DNA of 64,000 nucleotides from Octopus vulgaris. Taxonomy: Eukaryota. Shown here piece by piece: positions 25,626-37,792 of this stretch. The stretch's first letter is position 1, and each line of letters opens with the position of its first letter. Under the pieces are notes generated by a model that saw nothing but the letters and a program-made list of their open reading frames with translations, was not told the DNA's origin and did not search any database. Location of the stretch: the NCBI GenBank assembly GCA_951406725.2, contig OX597828.1, positions 68,944,001-69,008,000 of the forward strand, in the 5' to 3' direction. The translations under genes were made by a program, and so were the position numbers.

Positions 25626-26036
25626 ATAATAATAAATATATATATGTATATGTATAAAGTAAAGTTAATCACCACATCAATATGGCTGCTTGAATTTACT
25701 ACTGATTCAGAGTATGGACTGCACCTATAACCAGCTGGCAGAAGATCTGCCTGGGGTTATCTTGACCAAACTATAAACAACTTTATATTCGAAAGAATAT
25801 AAAGGTGAGATAAGGTTCTCTCATAACATAGTTAATTTATAATAAATTTAAGGTTTCAAACTTTATTCCAGTATCTGTCACAAAATTGCATTTACAAGTA
25901 AAGAATCATACATTTCGCCTACAAAACAACATCGAAGTATCTTTGGATAAGCAAGTACAGTGTGCATATGTGTGTCTATGGGTGTGTGTGTGTATGTGTG
26001 CGTGCGTGCAAGTGTATTTCATAAGCTCAGAGTATA

Positions 26037-26258
26037 TCTATTTCTTTATTGCCCACATAGAGGAGACAAACGAGGACAGACAAAGGGATTGAGTCGATTA
26101 CATCGACCCCAGTGCGAAACTGGTACTTTATTTATCGACCCCGAAAGGATGAAAGGCAAAGTCGACCTCGGCGGAATTTGAACTCAGAACGTAGCGGCAG
26201 ACGAAGTACCACTAAGCATTTCGCCCGGCGCGCTAACGTTTCTGCCAGCTCGCCGCCT
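26037..26258 (-). mobile_element. Family C SINE with TSD
   Basis: Full copy flanked by TCAGAG(T/C)ATATCT. Confidence 0.9.
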
Positions 26259-26648
26259 TCAGAGCATATCTCCATCGAAACACGTAGTTTCACGATATTG
26301 GTGTTCACAAAATGAAGATTTCTTTAAAACTATTTTTCCAGATTTGAAGGACGGATTTCATTTATCAACAAAGATCATGGCAGTTTGAGATGACCGCCGT
26401 AAGATGTCATCGTGACAAGCGTCATGTTTGGATAAGAAATTAAACAAACGATTACAGTTACGTGACGACGAATTCCAACCGTAAACATTTGTTCATTTGC
26501 GTGCTTTTAAATAAATGGACGGACAAACAAACACATGTGATTACATTAGTGTCAATACGGAGAAGAACGGGGAAATGAGAAAGATGACTAAAATAAAGGC
26601 ATAAAGTATGTAATAATAATAATAATAATAAGGATATAATAATAATAA

Positions 26649-26970
26649 CCGGCAGATGACAACGTGTCTCTAAAAGAAATGGAGAAACTCTCAAAATACA
26701 AAGACCTGGAAATGGAGGTAACCAGAATGTGAAATCTAAAAACAGAAACAATTCCTATCATAGTAGGTGCATTAGGCATGATAAAAAAATATTCAGACAA
26801 ATACATAACAAAAACACCAGGACTTACACATATAACATACAGAAAATTGCACTACTAGGCACTGCACACATCCTACGCAGAACACTTTCCATACAATAAC
26901 CATCAGAGCATCACAACAAATCACAGCGCATACCCAAGGCACACGCTATAAAAATAAAACTACTGAAGAG
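26649..26970 (+). mobile_element. R4/Dong-clade LINE 3' end (restriction-like endonuclease C-terminus) in (TAA)n
   Basis: PADDNVSLKEMEKLSKYKDLEMEVTRM*NLKTETIPIIVGALG...IQKIALLGTAHILRRTL. TAA runs on both sides. Confidence 0.82.
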
Positions 26971-26986
26971 TAATAATAATAATAAT

Positions 26987-27360
26987 GCAGTACCAGGCAG
27001 TGGCTCTCATGGTTTCTGATCTTAATTGATTGGAAGTGTTATCATGTATGTTGTTTTGTCTTGGTATAAAAGATGGGCTACAACAAATATTCTGCTCAAT
27101 ACCACAGATTTGCTTGTCAGTTGTTTGACCGTAACCAGTTGAGCATGTCCCTTAGTGGCTGACGATTTGTGCATCTCTGATCACGAGAAGAAGTAGGGGG
27201 GGAGCATCATAGCCCATGTGTTGAGAGGGATTCTTTGGGGTTTGAATAATTCACCTCTGGAAACATGGGTGTTTCGTTCAACAACCTTAAGCAATTCTTA
27301 ATACTGGGCTTCGTATATTTTACTCCAGTGTCACTTTGATGGCATGCACTGCTCTCTCAC

Positions 27361-27362
<2 letters not shown>
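26987..27362. mobile_element. (TAA)n-flanked non-coding interspersed repeat
   Basis: Same family as 25161-25625. Confidence 0.75.
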
Positions 27363-27400
<38 letters not shown>

Positions 27401-28488
27401 CAACAACAACAGCCTCTTTTCTGTGGTTCACTCCTAATACAACATTCAAACAATAATTTGTTGCTCTCCTTTGTTCATTTTTATCTCCTTCGCTGTTGAT
27501 GTTCAGCAGAAGCTTGATCACGACCGTGCCTCTGCCGCGGTTCCACAGCGGCACCTATCGGACGCGGCACCTTCGCTAAAAGATCCAACCTTGTTGACGT
27601 TGTTAGTATTACTTTCCATTATTAACAGTTCTCTGGTAATTGAGGTATGTGGTTTAAGGTTACCACTAAACAGTAATTACATCGTGTATCATCACCAGAC
27701 AGTCTGTCACCCAAAACTTCCGAAAGGCCTGTCTGCCCTCATTGGAGCTGATTATCCTGTTCTGGTAATCTCGAAGCAAATAAAGACTTATATAGCTGGA
27801 TGGCCGTTGATTCTTGTGAGATCATCCACTCTTTAACAAGTTTTGTTTTTCGTCCTGCAGAGTGTCTAACGAAATCCATCCTCCATATATATATATAAAA
27901 TAACAATGAATTGAAATTTACCTGGTATAATCCAAGGTCAATCCAGACTGTATTTTGAATGATGCGTTCATATTGAAGTAATGGATTAAGTGGTTAGCCA
28001 GCTAGTATGTGACTGGTCCACATGGGTGTATAGAGTGACAAAAACAGACATCAAGATAGACAGAAGTGGATTGTGAGTGAGTGGAGACATCAGAGAGAAG
28101 AAAGAGAGAAATGGGATAGGTGTGGGAAAGAAGGAATGAGAGCGAAAGTAGAGTAAAATCAAAAATAAAAATAAAACAAAGATTAGATGCCAATACTCCT
28201 CTTCGTAAGAGTCGGTTCGGGGTGAGAGGTCAGGCATTAAGGTTTTGGTAAAGTAGAGGAAAGAGGTATTTATGTCTATTAATTAGATAGATGACTTCTA
28301 GGTTAGGTGCGGTCAGAGAGAATATTTAGTTCAGTGGTCATTAGAGATAGCTAAAAATGGATGCCTAGCTTAAGTGGATATGCATAGGATAAAATTACAA
28401 TTAAATGAATAAAAGATATAAATTAAAAATTTAAATTTAAAGTTTAAAAAGTTAAAGCTAGCCGGCTAATTAATAAATATATTAATAA

Positions 28489-28737
28489 ATGTTCCTTCTC
28501 GAGCCATACCAGGCTCATAAGGGTCGGTTTCCCGGTTTCAGTGGCGTAAACATTCCCCATCTGGTCGGAACGCCGGTCCGTAGCAGGGTTACTCATTTTT
28601 GCCAGCTGGGTGGACTGGAGCAACGTGAAATGAAGTGTTTTGCTCAAGAACACAACGCGTCGCCTCGTCCAGGAATGGAAACCACAACCATACGATCATG
28701 AGTTCAACACCCTAACCACTAAGCCACGCGCCTCCAC
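28489..28737 (-). mobile_element. tRNA/CORE-type SINE
   Basis: TGGCTTAGTGGTTAGGG A-box, TGTGTTCTTGAGCAAAACACTT CORE-like block and a GAGCC/GGCTC 3' hairpin. Confidence 0.8.
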
Positions 28738-28869
28738 AGCCAGTTAGTTGGTAGAGAAGAAAAGGAAAAGAAAAAAAAAAACGTACGTATATTGTAACGG
28801 CCGTGGATGCATATAGGCAAGTGTTATGTGTGTTGATTCTACTTGCATTTAGACCTATGGCAGAATCTA

Positions 28870-29260
28870 ATGGTGCTTAGATGTAGAGAATGCTTCGTGT
28901 TGTTTGTTGAGTAATTGCAGTGAATCATGAATTAATATTTAGAGGGCTTCTTTCAGGCAGAGTCCACATGTGGAGCGCTGGCCTTGGTATGAGACATCAG
29001 AATCTATTATGGCACAAGATGCCCTATATGGCACTTCCTTATTTATCAGATGTGGTTAGTTAGGGAGGTTGATTTGCTACGATCCTTATATCTAAATGAG
29101 TTTAGATGTGCAGAATATCTCTTTTTAAAATTAACAGTGGATCCACTATAGCAGATAGTAAAATTATGTAATATGTGTGTACAATGCATTTACATACTAC
29201 GGTGGGCTTGCAGCGGGCATTCGGTCCCGGACCGGCAGTTGCAATTATCTGTCTTACGTG
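28870..29260 (-). pseudogene. GIY-YIG endonuclease remnant of a Penelope-like retroelement
   Basis: Across frameshifts and stops: CNCRSGTECPL...TVVCKCIV...CYSGSTVNFKKRYSAHLNSFRYKDRSKSTSLTNHI*...CGLCLKEAL*...LLNKQHEAFSTSKH. This follows the PLE pattern CNCR..CPL / VVY / YIG.T..FK.R...H / C.LC..E / LLNKR.E...C.H. Confidence 0.82.
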
Positions 29261-29359
29261 GGTTAGTTGTGGAAAGAGAAGATGCTGTACTGTTTATGGA
29301 CAAGTTAAAGTTTAGGGTGATATTAGGGGATTGGCTGTTACTAGTATTATTGCTGCTGC

Positions 29360-29440
<81 letters not shown>

Positions 29441-29825
29441 AGACTAGTTGCATTAAAGTTACTAGCCTTAGTTGTAGTAGTGTTATTAGTATTAACAGTC
29501 GTTTTAGCCGTACCTCGACCTTCTTCGGAAGCGGGGATGTTCGAATAATCGTAAATATATGTATTAATGGTGATAGAACTTGTATACATATCGCAATACT
29601 CAAATTTCATTACTTCTGAAACATAAGTATGCTGAATCAGTATTATGCAATTTGGAAGTCCTTTTTTATGGAATTTTGTCTATCTTTTTGAGCCAAGGCC
29701 CTGAAGAGACTTGTATGCACAGCATAGATATGAATTGTTTATAAATCAAATAATGTATATAAGTAGAAACAAATTGTTGGCTTCATTTGTTTTTTGTTTT
29801 GTTTTGTTTTTTTAAATTGGTTATA

Positions 29826-29850
29826 TCTCTCTATATATATAAACGGCAAA

Positions 29851-29884
<34 letters not shown>

Positions 29885-30209
29885 CCCTTATACAAATCCA
29901 CAATTTTTCAGTTAGAGGGCCCGCACTTTCTATGGTCATTCAAAACCGTCCAACGGTGGTCGTGTACATCTTTACATTTTCCCAGTCACCCCACAAAGCT
30001 ATTAAAAAATAAATAGAAGTGACATTTTTGTGAATTTTCTATCCAAAACCCAATCAAAATGCCCGAAACTTGATACGCCAATTGAATGCCAGCTAGCTGT
30101 ATGTGATTGGTCGGAGATTTGGACAGTACTCGCGTGTATGTGCGCACGGACGCAGCTGTATATGCATGCACTAGCACTATGACGCGGCAACGCCGGGTCA
30201 TAGTGCTAA
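29826..30209 (+). mobile_element. Non-autonomous Helitron-like element
   Basis: Starts A|TCTCTCTATATATATAAACGGC. Ends with a CGGCAACGCCGGG hairpin then GCTAA|T (degenerate CTAG). Confidence 0.6.
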
Positions 30210-30444
30210 TTATCTTATATTTTGTAGTATATTACATTATATTATAATGTAATTAATTGTTAGATTGTCAATTGTATTTCTCTATTTAATTTATTATTTG
30301 TAATTTGTATTTATACCCCTACTTCTGTGGTATTCAACTGCCGTCCCAGTGGATTGGGTGTTTTATACGCCTTCGAAGGAATCGTTTTTTCCATTCGTTT
30401 GTTAAATCATTTTATATTATATTATATAATATATATATATGTGT

Positions 30445-31043
30445 GTGTGTTCTCCCCCACCCCATCACTTGACAACCGATGTTGGTGTGTTAACGTCCCT
30501 ATAACAAAAGTAACCAATAGAATAAGTACTAGGCTTACAAAGAATAAGTCCTGGGGTCGATTTCTTCGACTAAAACCCCTTAAGGTGGTGCTCCAGCATG
30601 GCTGCAGTCAAATAATTGACTGAAGCAAGTAAAAGAATATATATATAAGGCGCAGGAGTGGCTGTGTGGTAAGTAGCTTGCTAACCAACCACATGGATCC
30701 GGGTTCAGTCCCACTGCGTGGCATCTTGGGCAAGTGTCTTCTGCTATAGCCCCGGGCCGACCAATGCCTTGTGAGTGGATTTGGTAGATGGAAATTGAAA
30801 GAAGCCTGTCGTATATATGTATATATATATATATATATATGTATGTGTTTGTCCCCCTAGCATTGCTTGACAATCGATGCTGGTGTGTTTACGTCCCCGT
30901 CACTTAGCGGTTCGGCAAAAGAGACCGATAGGATAAGTACTGGGCTTACAAAAGAATAAGTCCCGGGGTCGATTTGCTCGACTAAAGACGGTGCTCCAGC
31001 ATGGCCGCAGTCAAATGACTGAAACAAGTAAAAGAGTAAAGAG
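30445..31043 (+). mobile_element. Family D SINEs: tail half (30445-30637) plus full copy (30648-31043)
   Basis: A/B boxes, CORE-like block and tail GGTGCTCCAGCATGGCCGCAGTCAAATGACTGAAACAAGTAAAAGAG. Confidence 0.9.
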
Positions 31044-31765
31044 TATATATATATATATATGTGTGTGTGTGCATGTATATATGTATGTATGGATGTATTG
31101 TGTGTGTGTGTGTGCGTGTGCGCATCAAAGAAATATCGCAAGATCTTGTTTCAATTTGTAAATAATAAGTCACCTACTCTCCATCTGTTATGCATACATA
31201 CACACATCCATACATACATAATACATACGCACATACGTGCGCGCGTGTGTGTGTGTAGCTAGATGATAGACAGATTAAGAAAGGATAAAGAAGAAGCAAA
31301 AAACAGAAACTGGCAGAGCTTAATGTGTCTGTGTGGATATACGTTGTTAACTATGTGTTCTATCACAACACAATGTTTGTTTTGATATGCTACCGGCTCC
31401 CCTCCCTCCCCCGTCCCCTGCTTCTCTTTCTTTTCCCCCCGGTGCTATGTTTTAACTGCCGTCGCTGATTCCGTTGCTGTTGGAGAAAAAAATTATTACT
31501 GCTGCTGCCGTTGTTGTTGTTGATGTTGTTGATGTTGGTGGTGGTGGTGGTGTTTGTTGTGAAGAATGGGGGAGAAATATTACATTAGTTGCCGAAATAT
31601 TCTGCTCGACTTTTTAAACTTTCTTTTTTACCTCGTTACAGACTCTCCGCAACTGTTGAATGTTATTTCTTCAATGAAAGTTAGGAATGCGTTGCGGAAT
31701 GAAATAAGAATGAAAAGTGAAACTATCCTAGGATTTAATTTTCTCTTCTCTTAACTCAACTAATA

Positions 31766-32183
31766 CCTATTTCTTTACTACCCACAAGGGGCTAAATACA
31801 GAGGGGACAAACAAGGACAGACAAACGGATTAAGTCGATTATATTGACCCCAGTGCGTAACTGGTTCTTATTTAATCGACCCCGAAAGGATGAAAGGGAA
31901 AGTCAACCTCGGCGGAATTTGAACTCAGAACGTAAAGGCAGACGAAATACCTATTTCTTTATTACCCACAAGGGGCTAAACATAGAGGGGACAAACAAGG
32001 ACAGACATAGGTATTAAGTTGTTTACATCGACCCCTGTGCGTAACTGGTACTTAATTTATCAACCCCGAAAGGATGAAAGGCAAAGTCAACCTCGGCGGA
32101 ATTTGAACTCAGAACGTAGCGACAGACGAAATACGGCTACGCATTTCGCACGGCGTGCTAACGTTTCTGCCAGCTCGCCGCCT
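31766..32183 (-). mobile_element. Family C SINE 1.8-mer inside a single TSD
   Basis: A full unit followed by a headless unit. Flanks are TTAACT(C/G)AACTAATAC. Confidence 0.88.
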
Positions 32184-32599
32184 TTAACTGAACTAATACT
32201 GCTCTTGTGAAAGGTATGAATATCACAACTTCCCCTTCTATCAATCGCTTCATATATTTGCTAATCTTAATCACAAATTTCATTAGAGAAAGCGAGAGAA
32301 CGAGTGTACGCGGTCACTCTATCAATCTACTAAAAATATCAGCCAAATCTCACTCAAATCATAATCAGAGTGTTTTGAAAGGAAGGGCAAAAATTTCCCC
32401 AAAGAAATATTGGCTAACTCGAAAGAACCAGGATGTTCAGAGATGAAACGAAACATCTTTGACTATATCTCTTTCCGATTAAGGTTGACATGGGGCCTGA
32501 ACAACGAAGTATAATAAAGTCATACGATAAAGAATTTGAAGTCACTACATTAAAGAATGATAGAAATACTTGATGAAAACCTCGACTCTAATTCTGTCC

Positions 32600-33800
32600 C
32601 TATCTGATTAAATAAAGCATTGAAACAATAATGCTCATAACAGGACAAAAACAAGAAAATGAAGGCTTCCCTTGTCTTCGTTTAATGTTATTCTGCTGAC
32701 CAAAATAACCTCCCAAGAAATCTACCGATATCTGAAAGCCAACAAACTGCTGTCAGTAGAACAAAAAGGTTGTCGAAAGAAAAGCAGAACAACGAAACAT
32801 TAACTCCTCTTCGATAAAACAAAGAATTGAAAGTAAAATTGAAGACAGATAAGTCAGTTACAACATAGATTGATTATAAAAAAGCTTTTAGGTATGGTTC
32901 CGCATTCCAGGATCATCCAGTTCTTAGGCATATTCAAAGCAACCTATTTCTTTACTACCCACAAGGGGCTAAACACAGAGGAGACAAACAAGGACAGACA
33001 AACGGATTAAGTCGATTACATCGACCCCAGTGCGCAACTGGTACTTAATTTATCGACCCCGAAAGGATGAAAGGCAAAGTCGACCTCGGAGGAATTCGAC
33101 TTTGCCTTTCATCCTTTCGGGGTCGATAAATTAAGTACCAGTTACGCACTGGAGTCGATAAAACAACCAATAACATCAAATCATTCCTCAGAATCAGTTT
33201 GGACCACTTGGAGACAGAGCTCATTCCGGGCAATAACAAACTTGGGAAAAATAAAGTTCAAGCAAAGAATATTTCAAACGGATAATCCATCATTTATAAT
33301 ATCTGAAATTAACCTTGTACCTGTAATTGATATCTTTACAGAGATAAAAACAGGGTTGGAGAAAAAGGTAAGAAACCATTAACCGCCGATTAAACACCGA
33401 TGACTTGAAATTCGGCAAGAATGAAAAACAACACTTTAGTGAAGTGTATATCAGTATTTGGTAAGGATATAAAAATGGAAATCAGCATTAATAAGTGTAG
33501 CACCTTTACCATAAAGGAACTTCCTTTAGGTAAGAATTGGAAACAAATTTTCTTGGAAACCGATGGAAGCAGAATAAAAAAAAAATGGAAGTCCCATGAA
33601 ATAATTAATACATAAAGGTTGAGAAACTTAAAACTGCATTTTGAACAGTCGAAATGTTATGACACTGTCAGTTCACGCACTGCCTCGGTTATTCGATATA
33701 GAGCAGGTATTAATGAATAGGATGATTGTGAAGTACAATATACTGACAAAAAAAACCCAGAGGCAGCTGATGATATGTAATATGAGTTTTGAAGATTGTG
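32600..33800 (+). mobile_element. Highly decayed R4/Dong-clade LINE RT region (interrupted by a SINE at 32943-33159)
   Basis: LLSVEQKGCRKKSR, IDYKKAF..MVPHS, IFQTD, TDDLK, FGKDIKMEISINKCS, LNSRNV and VIRYRAG motifs occur in order. Confidence 0.7.
32943..33159 (-). mobile_element. Family C SINE with inverted (fold-back) segment
   Basis: 33020-33083 is mirrored at 33096-33159. Confidence 0.88.
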
Positions 33801-34686
33801 TTGTAAAGCAGAAACACGGTTTGTACAAGTTTGAGTTAGAAAGTAGGGGGGGTGTTGATAGCTGTGAAAAAAGAAGGAACAATAAACACCGAAAAAAAAA
33901 AAAAGAAAGATGTGAAAAAATAGGAAATAAAACTGAAGGAGAAAAATGTATGGAATTTTGTTCAAGAATATTGCATTCTGAAGCACTCGTATGATCCAAC
34001 GAAAGTAGGTCCCAAAGAAATAACAACAGCATTAAAATTTGCAAAACTGGCCACCACCACCAGCAACTGGTTCGAACATCAATATCATCAGGTTAAGCGG
34101 AATAATATCAATGCAGGAAAACAAATATAGGGTAAAATATAGAAAATTAGAGAAAAGATCTCGCAATCTTTAATAAAAACCTATAACGAAACAATACGAC
34201 TGATGAAGAGATTGACATAATATAAAAAATGTAACATAAAAAGATATGTGAAAAACGAGCGTCTGAAACAAAAGATCTTGTACATCGTGCCTACATTCTC
34301 ATTCTCATGATTGAACCTGTTGTGCCTGCCTATTGTTGGAAATGTGTCGTTTCTCTGCGCAGACACTGTGCTTGCTGCACCAAAGTCACTAGCAAGATTC
34401 ACTGCAGAATTTGCTGCAGGATTTACTACTGTCCATGAGAATCAGCAGGACTAGGCTTGTTTACACCGTATTGGATGACCGCCGACTTTAATGATTGCAT
34501 ATATGTCTTTTGACAAGTTTTGTCTTTCATCCAGTAAGGTGAACAATCACCCTCTTTACGAAGCAGGCTTAGTAGACTTGCCAGTTTAGTCACCGACGAC
34601 CCGACCAAGCAGCAGGTTGTACTGGATAATATGTTACCAGTAACGCTCACAAGCGTTACATCCATCCATCCATACATACATACAAT

Positions 34687-34879
34687 CAGTCGCCATGATA
34701 GATCGTTAGCCACTACACACATTTTTCCTATCCTTGTTTTTTTTCTGTGTCCCTTTCTGTAGAAGAGCGTAGGCTCGAAATGTAAAAGACTTTTTCTATT
34801 CCCGAGCGTTATACTAATACATTTGTTTGTTTTGTACACCACCTGTCTTCGTCTTTTGTTTTTTTCGTAAATTCTCCCC

Positions 34880-34880
<1 letters not shown>
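34687..34880 (+). mobile_element. Probable Penelope-like pseudo-LTR fragment inside (CATA)n
   Basis: Bounded by CATA repeats. Contains hammerhead-like GAAGAGCGTAGGCTCGAAATGTA. Confidence 0.5.
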
Positions 34881-34935
<55 letters not shown>

Positions 34936-37094
34936 TTTATACAGAATCTTGTTTGCAACAAATTACTTAAGTTTCATGTCAGGCGAAAAATACACGACTT
35001 ATCTTTCATCTGGCAATCTCCAGGTCTGATCACAAAATTGCTACTAGTAAAGCGGGATTTTTTTTTTACAGAAAAACGTTATTTGAGAGTGAATATTTGT
35101 TTCCTGAAAGCGGTGAAAATCAAAACCATATGTGAATAGATCAAAGAAATGCAGCCCCTGAACAGTAGAAAGAATCTAGATTTTTAGTAGCTGTATCTGT
35201 CAAAACAAGTTTCTTTTATCCAGTTAAAAAATACCTCCTACATCTGGATGATCACATTATACTTCTCCAGCTCAGCTCTCCATTGCACTAGAATTACACA
35301 CTAAACCTGCTCTACGCACATACATAGCGCACAGTCCTATACTTGGTCACACTTCCAATTTTGGACATATCAAGAAACCACACCCACCAGATGCAAATAC
35401 TCTTGGACCCACGACAGCACTCATATCAGAAATAATCGTAAATCCTTTAGTATGTTTGGCACAACACAGTATGCCTACAAAATGCATTTTTCTCCATTTA
35501 ATGACCATGATTAGTTTAGGTTTTAAAATAAAGTATACTTTCAGAGATGCGGTTTACGGTAGCGGAGTTCACCTTTGAAAATTACGCCAGCAGAATAAGG
35601 AAGAGATAAAGATATATAATAGGACATTTTGAATATGACAGAGACGATGGAAGAGTTGAAGGAAAATCTTTTTAATATGAAGGGAATTAGGGCAAGAGCT
35701 GGTTAATGTAGACATTAATACCCGGAAACGAAATCGAAAAAAAAAAATAGTGCAACGGGTGTAAAAAAAAAATAGTGTAGGAAACGAATATGAAGACAAA
35801 AATTCCCGGAAAGCAACGGGGGTGGGGAGAGGCCTTCGGAAAATTGACAAGATCCTATATTTTTCCCTCATAACTTTTAGGAAAATGTTTTTTTTTAATG
35901 GAATTTTACATAAATACCTTTCAAACGATTATAAAGAAATTTGTGGGGAAAATCTTTTCCGAGGGGTAGGGAGAGGATTTCGGAAAATTCACAAAATCCG
36001 ATGTTTTTTCTCTCGTAACTATGAGGAAAATGGATATCCTTCTACTTCACACCCACGTCAGAAGCGAATCTGAAAACAAAAGTGCGCAGAAAGCTACCAA
36101 CTATCAAAGACGCACCAGCAGAGATCATCTCATCTTTTTGTATATATCTACAACTGTGCACGGCTTAATGTATCTTTCCATCTTGAGATGATAGATTGTG
36201 ATCGAGTGACAGCATAGAAGCTCTCTCGTTTGCTCGAAATCAAAGTTAAAATAACAGAGAAGGAAATAATAAAAGCTATCATATAAAATCTTAATAAATT
36301 CATTAAAATGAATGTTTTTTAAAAATTGTTCATACACATACACGTTGTTATTGATCTGGTCTATATGGTAGTACTTGTATGTCTAATTCATTGCCTCATT
36401 TAATGAGTATTCTTACTACTTGTGGCGACATTCACCCTGGGCGGGTTGAGTCGGCTTCTTCTACCGCCCTCGAAGCATCTCGAAGAAGTTGGAAGAAGTT
36501 TCGTGGGAATATGTGAATTCCACAAGCGGTCCCCAACAATCCCGCATGTAGAGACATCTTGTTTGCCGCAGATTGTCCGCAGACGCAAGGACAGAACGAC
36601 CGAGGAGCCGTCGGTTGCCGAAACAGACACTCCGAGGATTTTCACCAGAGCCCCGTCTGCTGAGTTGTGGCCCTAATACCACTCGGTGTCAGACCAATCC
36701 GCTTTGGGTGGCCCTACCAGGAACCGAAGTTCCCGACGGCATAGCTCTGACACTACCCGTTGCCAGCGTCCCCACCACGGTGAGGAGAGGATGGATTTAG
36801 GGGACGCTAAAATATATGGTAGTGGAGGTGGGTGAACGATATTCTCAGCCCTTCAAAGACCGGCGAGATAGATGTAGTTTAATATTCATATATATGGAAA
36901 ATGGATCTCTATCGGTTTAAGAGGTGAATTTTCAGATGTTCAATTAACTTAATTATCAACTCACTGAATAAAAATGTGAAGTGGCTGAGTATTCCGTAGA
37001 TACGCGCATCCCTCCTGTAGTCCTTGAACAGAATCAACGTGACACAAAATATGACAAAGCTGGATATTTCAATTACAGACACAATCCACAAATT

Positions 37095-37250
37095 GAGTTT
37101 CCGCACAGTTTCCGTCTACAGAATTTCACTCGCTAGGCTTGGGTTGACCCGAAGCTATTGTAAAAGACATTTGCTCATAATGACATACAGTGGGATCGAA
37201 CGTGGTGGGCAGGATTTTGAAGCGGGCTTTTTAACCATTCAGCCATGCTG
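37095..37250 (-). mobile_element. Diverged family D SINE head
   Basis: Reverse complement carries the TGGCTGAATGGTTAA and GTTCGATCCC boxes. Confidence 0.6.
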
Positions 37251-37309
37251 TGCTTCGAGATATATATATACACAAACTGACTCACACTCACATACACGCG
37301 CACGCTGAT

Positions 37310-37473
37310 GCACACACACACACACACATACACACACACATACAAACATTGTTTGTCTGTTTTTCTCTCACACACACATACAGGCTCACACACACATACA
37401 GGCTCACATACATTGTCTGTCTGTCTGTCTATGTTTCTCTCTCTCTCTCTCACACACATTGTCTGTCTATCTC

Positions 37474-37510
<37 letters not shown>

Positions 37511-37610
37511 GACATTGTCTGTCTATCTCTGTTTCATCTCTCTCTCTCACACACACGCATTGTCTGTCTGTCTCTCTCTCTCTCACACACACGCATTGTC
37601 TGTCTGTCTC

Positions 37611-37651
<41 letters not shown>

Positions 37652-37755
37652 GACATTGTCTGTCTATCTCTGTTTCATCTCTCTCTCTCACACACACGCA
37701 TTGTCTGTCTGTCTCTCTCTCTCTCACACACACGCATTGTCTGTCTGTTTCTGTT

Positions 37756-37790
<35 letters not shown>

Positions 37791-37792
37791 TA
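37310..37792. repeat. Compound (CA)/(TCTG)/(TC) minisatellite with CATTGTCTGTCT core
   Basis: Direct inspection. A higher-order duplication is visible. Confidence 0.9.

Larger units (their letters stand above)
27897..29740 (-). mobile_element. Penelope-like element remnant (linker, GIY-YIG endonuclease, putative 3' region), with a SINE inserted
   Basis: Contains the endonuclease remnant at 28870-29260. The putative 3' end abuts (TA)n at 27886-27896. Outer limits are inferred. Confidence 0.6.

Noticed and set aside
25781-25804. 10-bp stem with GAAA tetraloop
   Set aside because: AT-rich and short, with no supporting context.
29697-29730. CTGAAGAG motif (also at 58432)
   Set aside because: No stem II-GAAA or stem I partner follows, so it is not a hammerhead.
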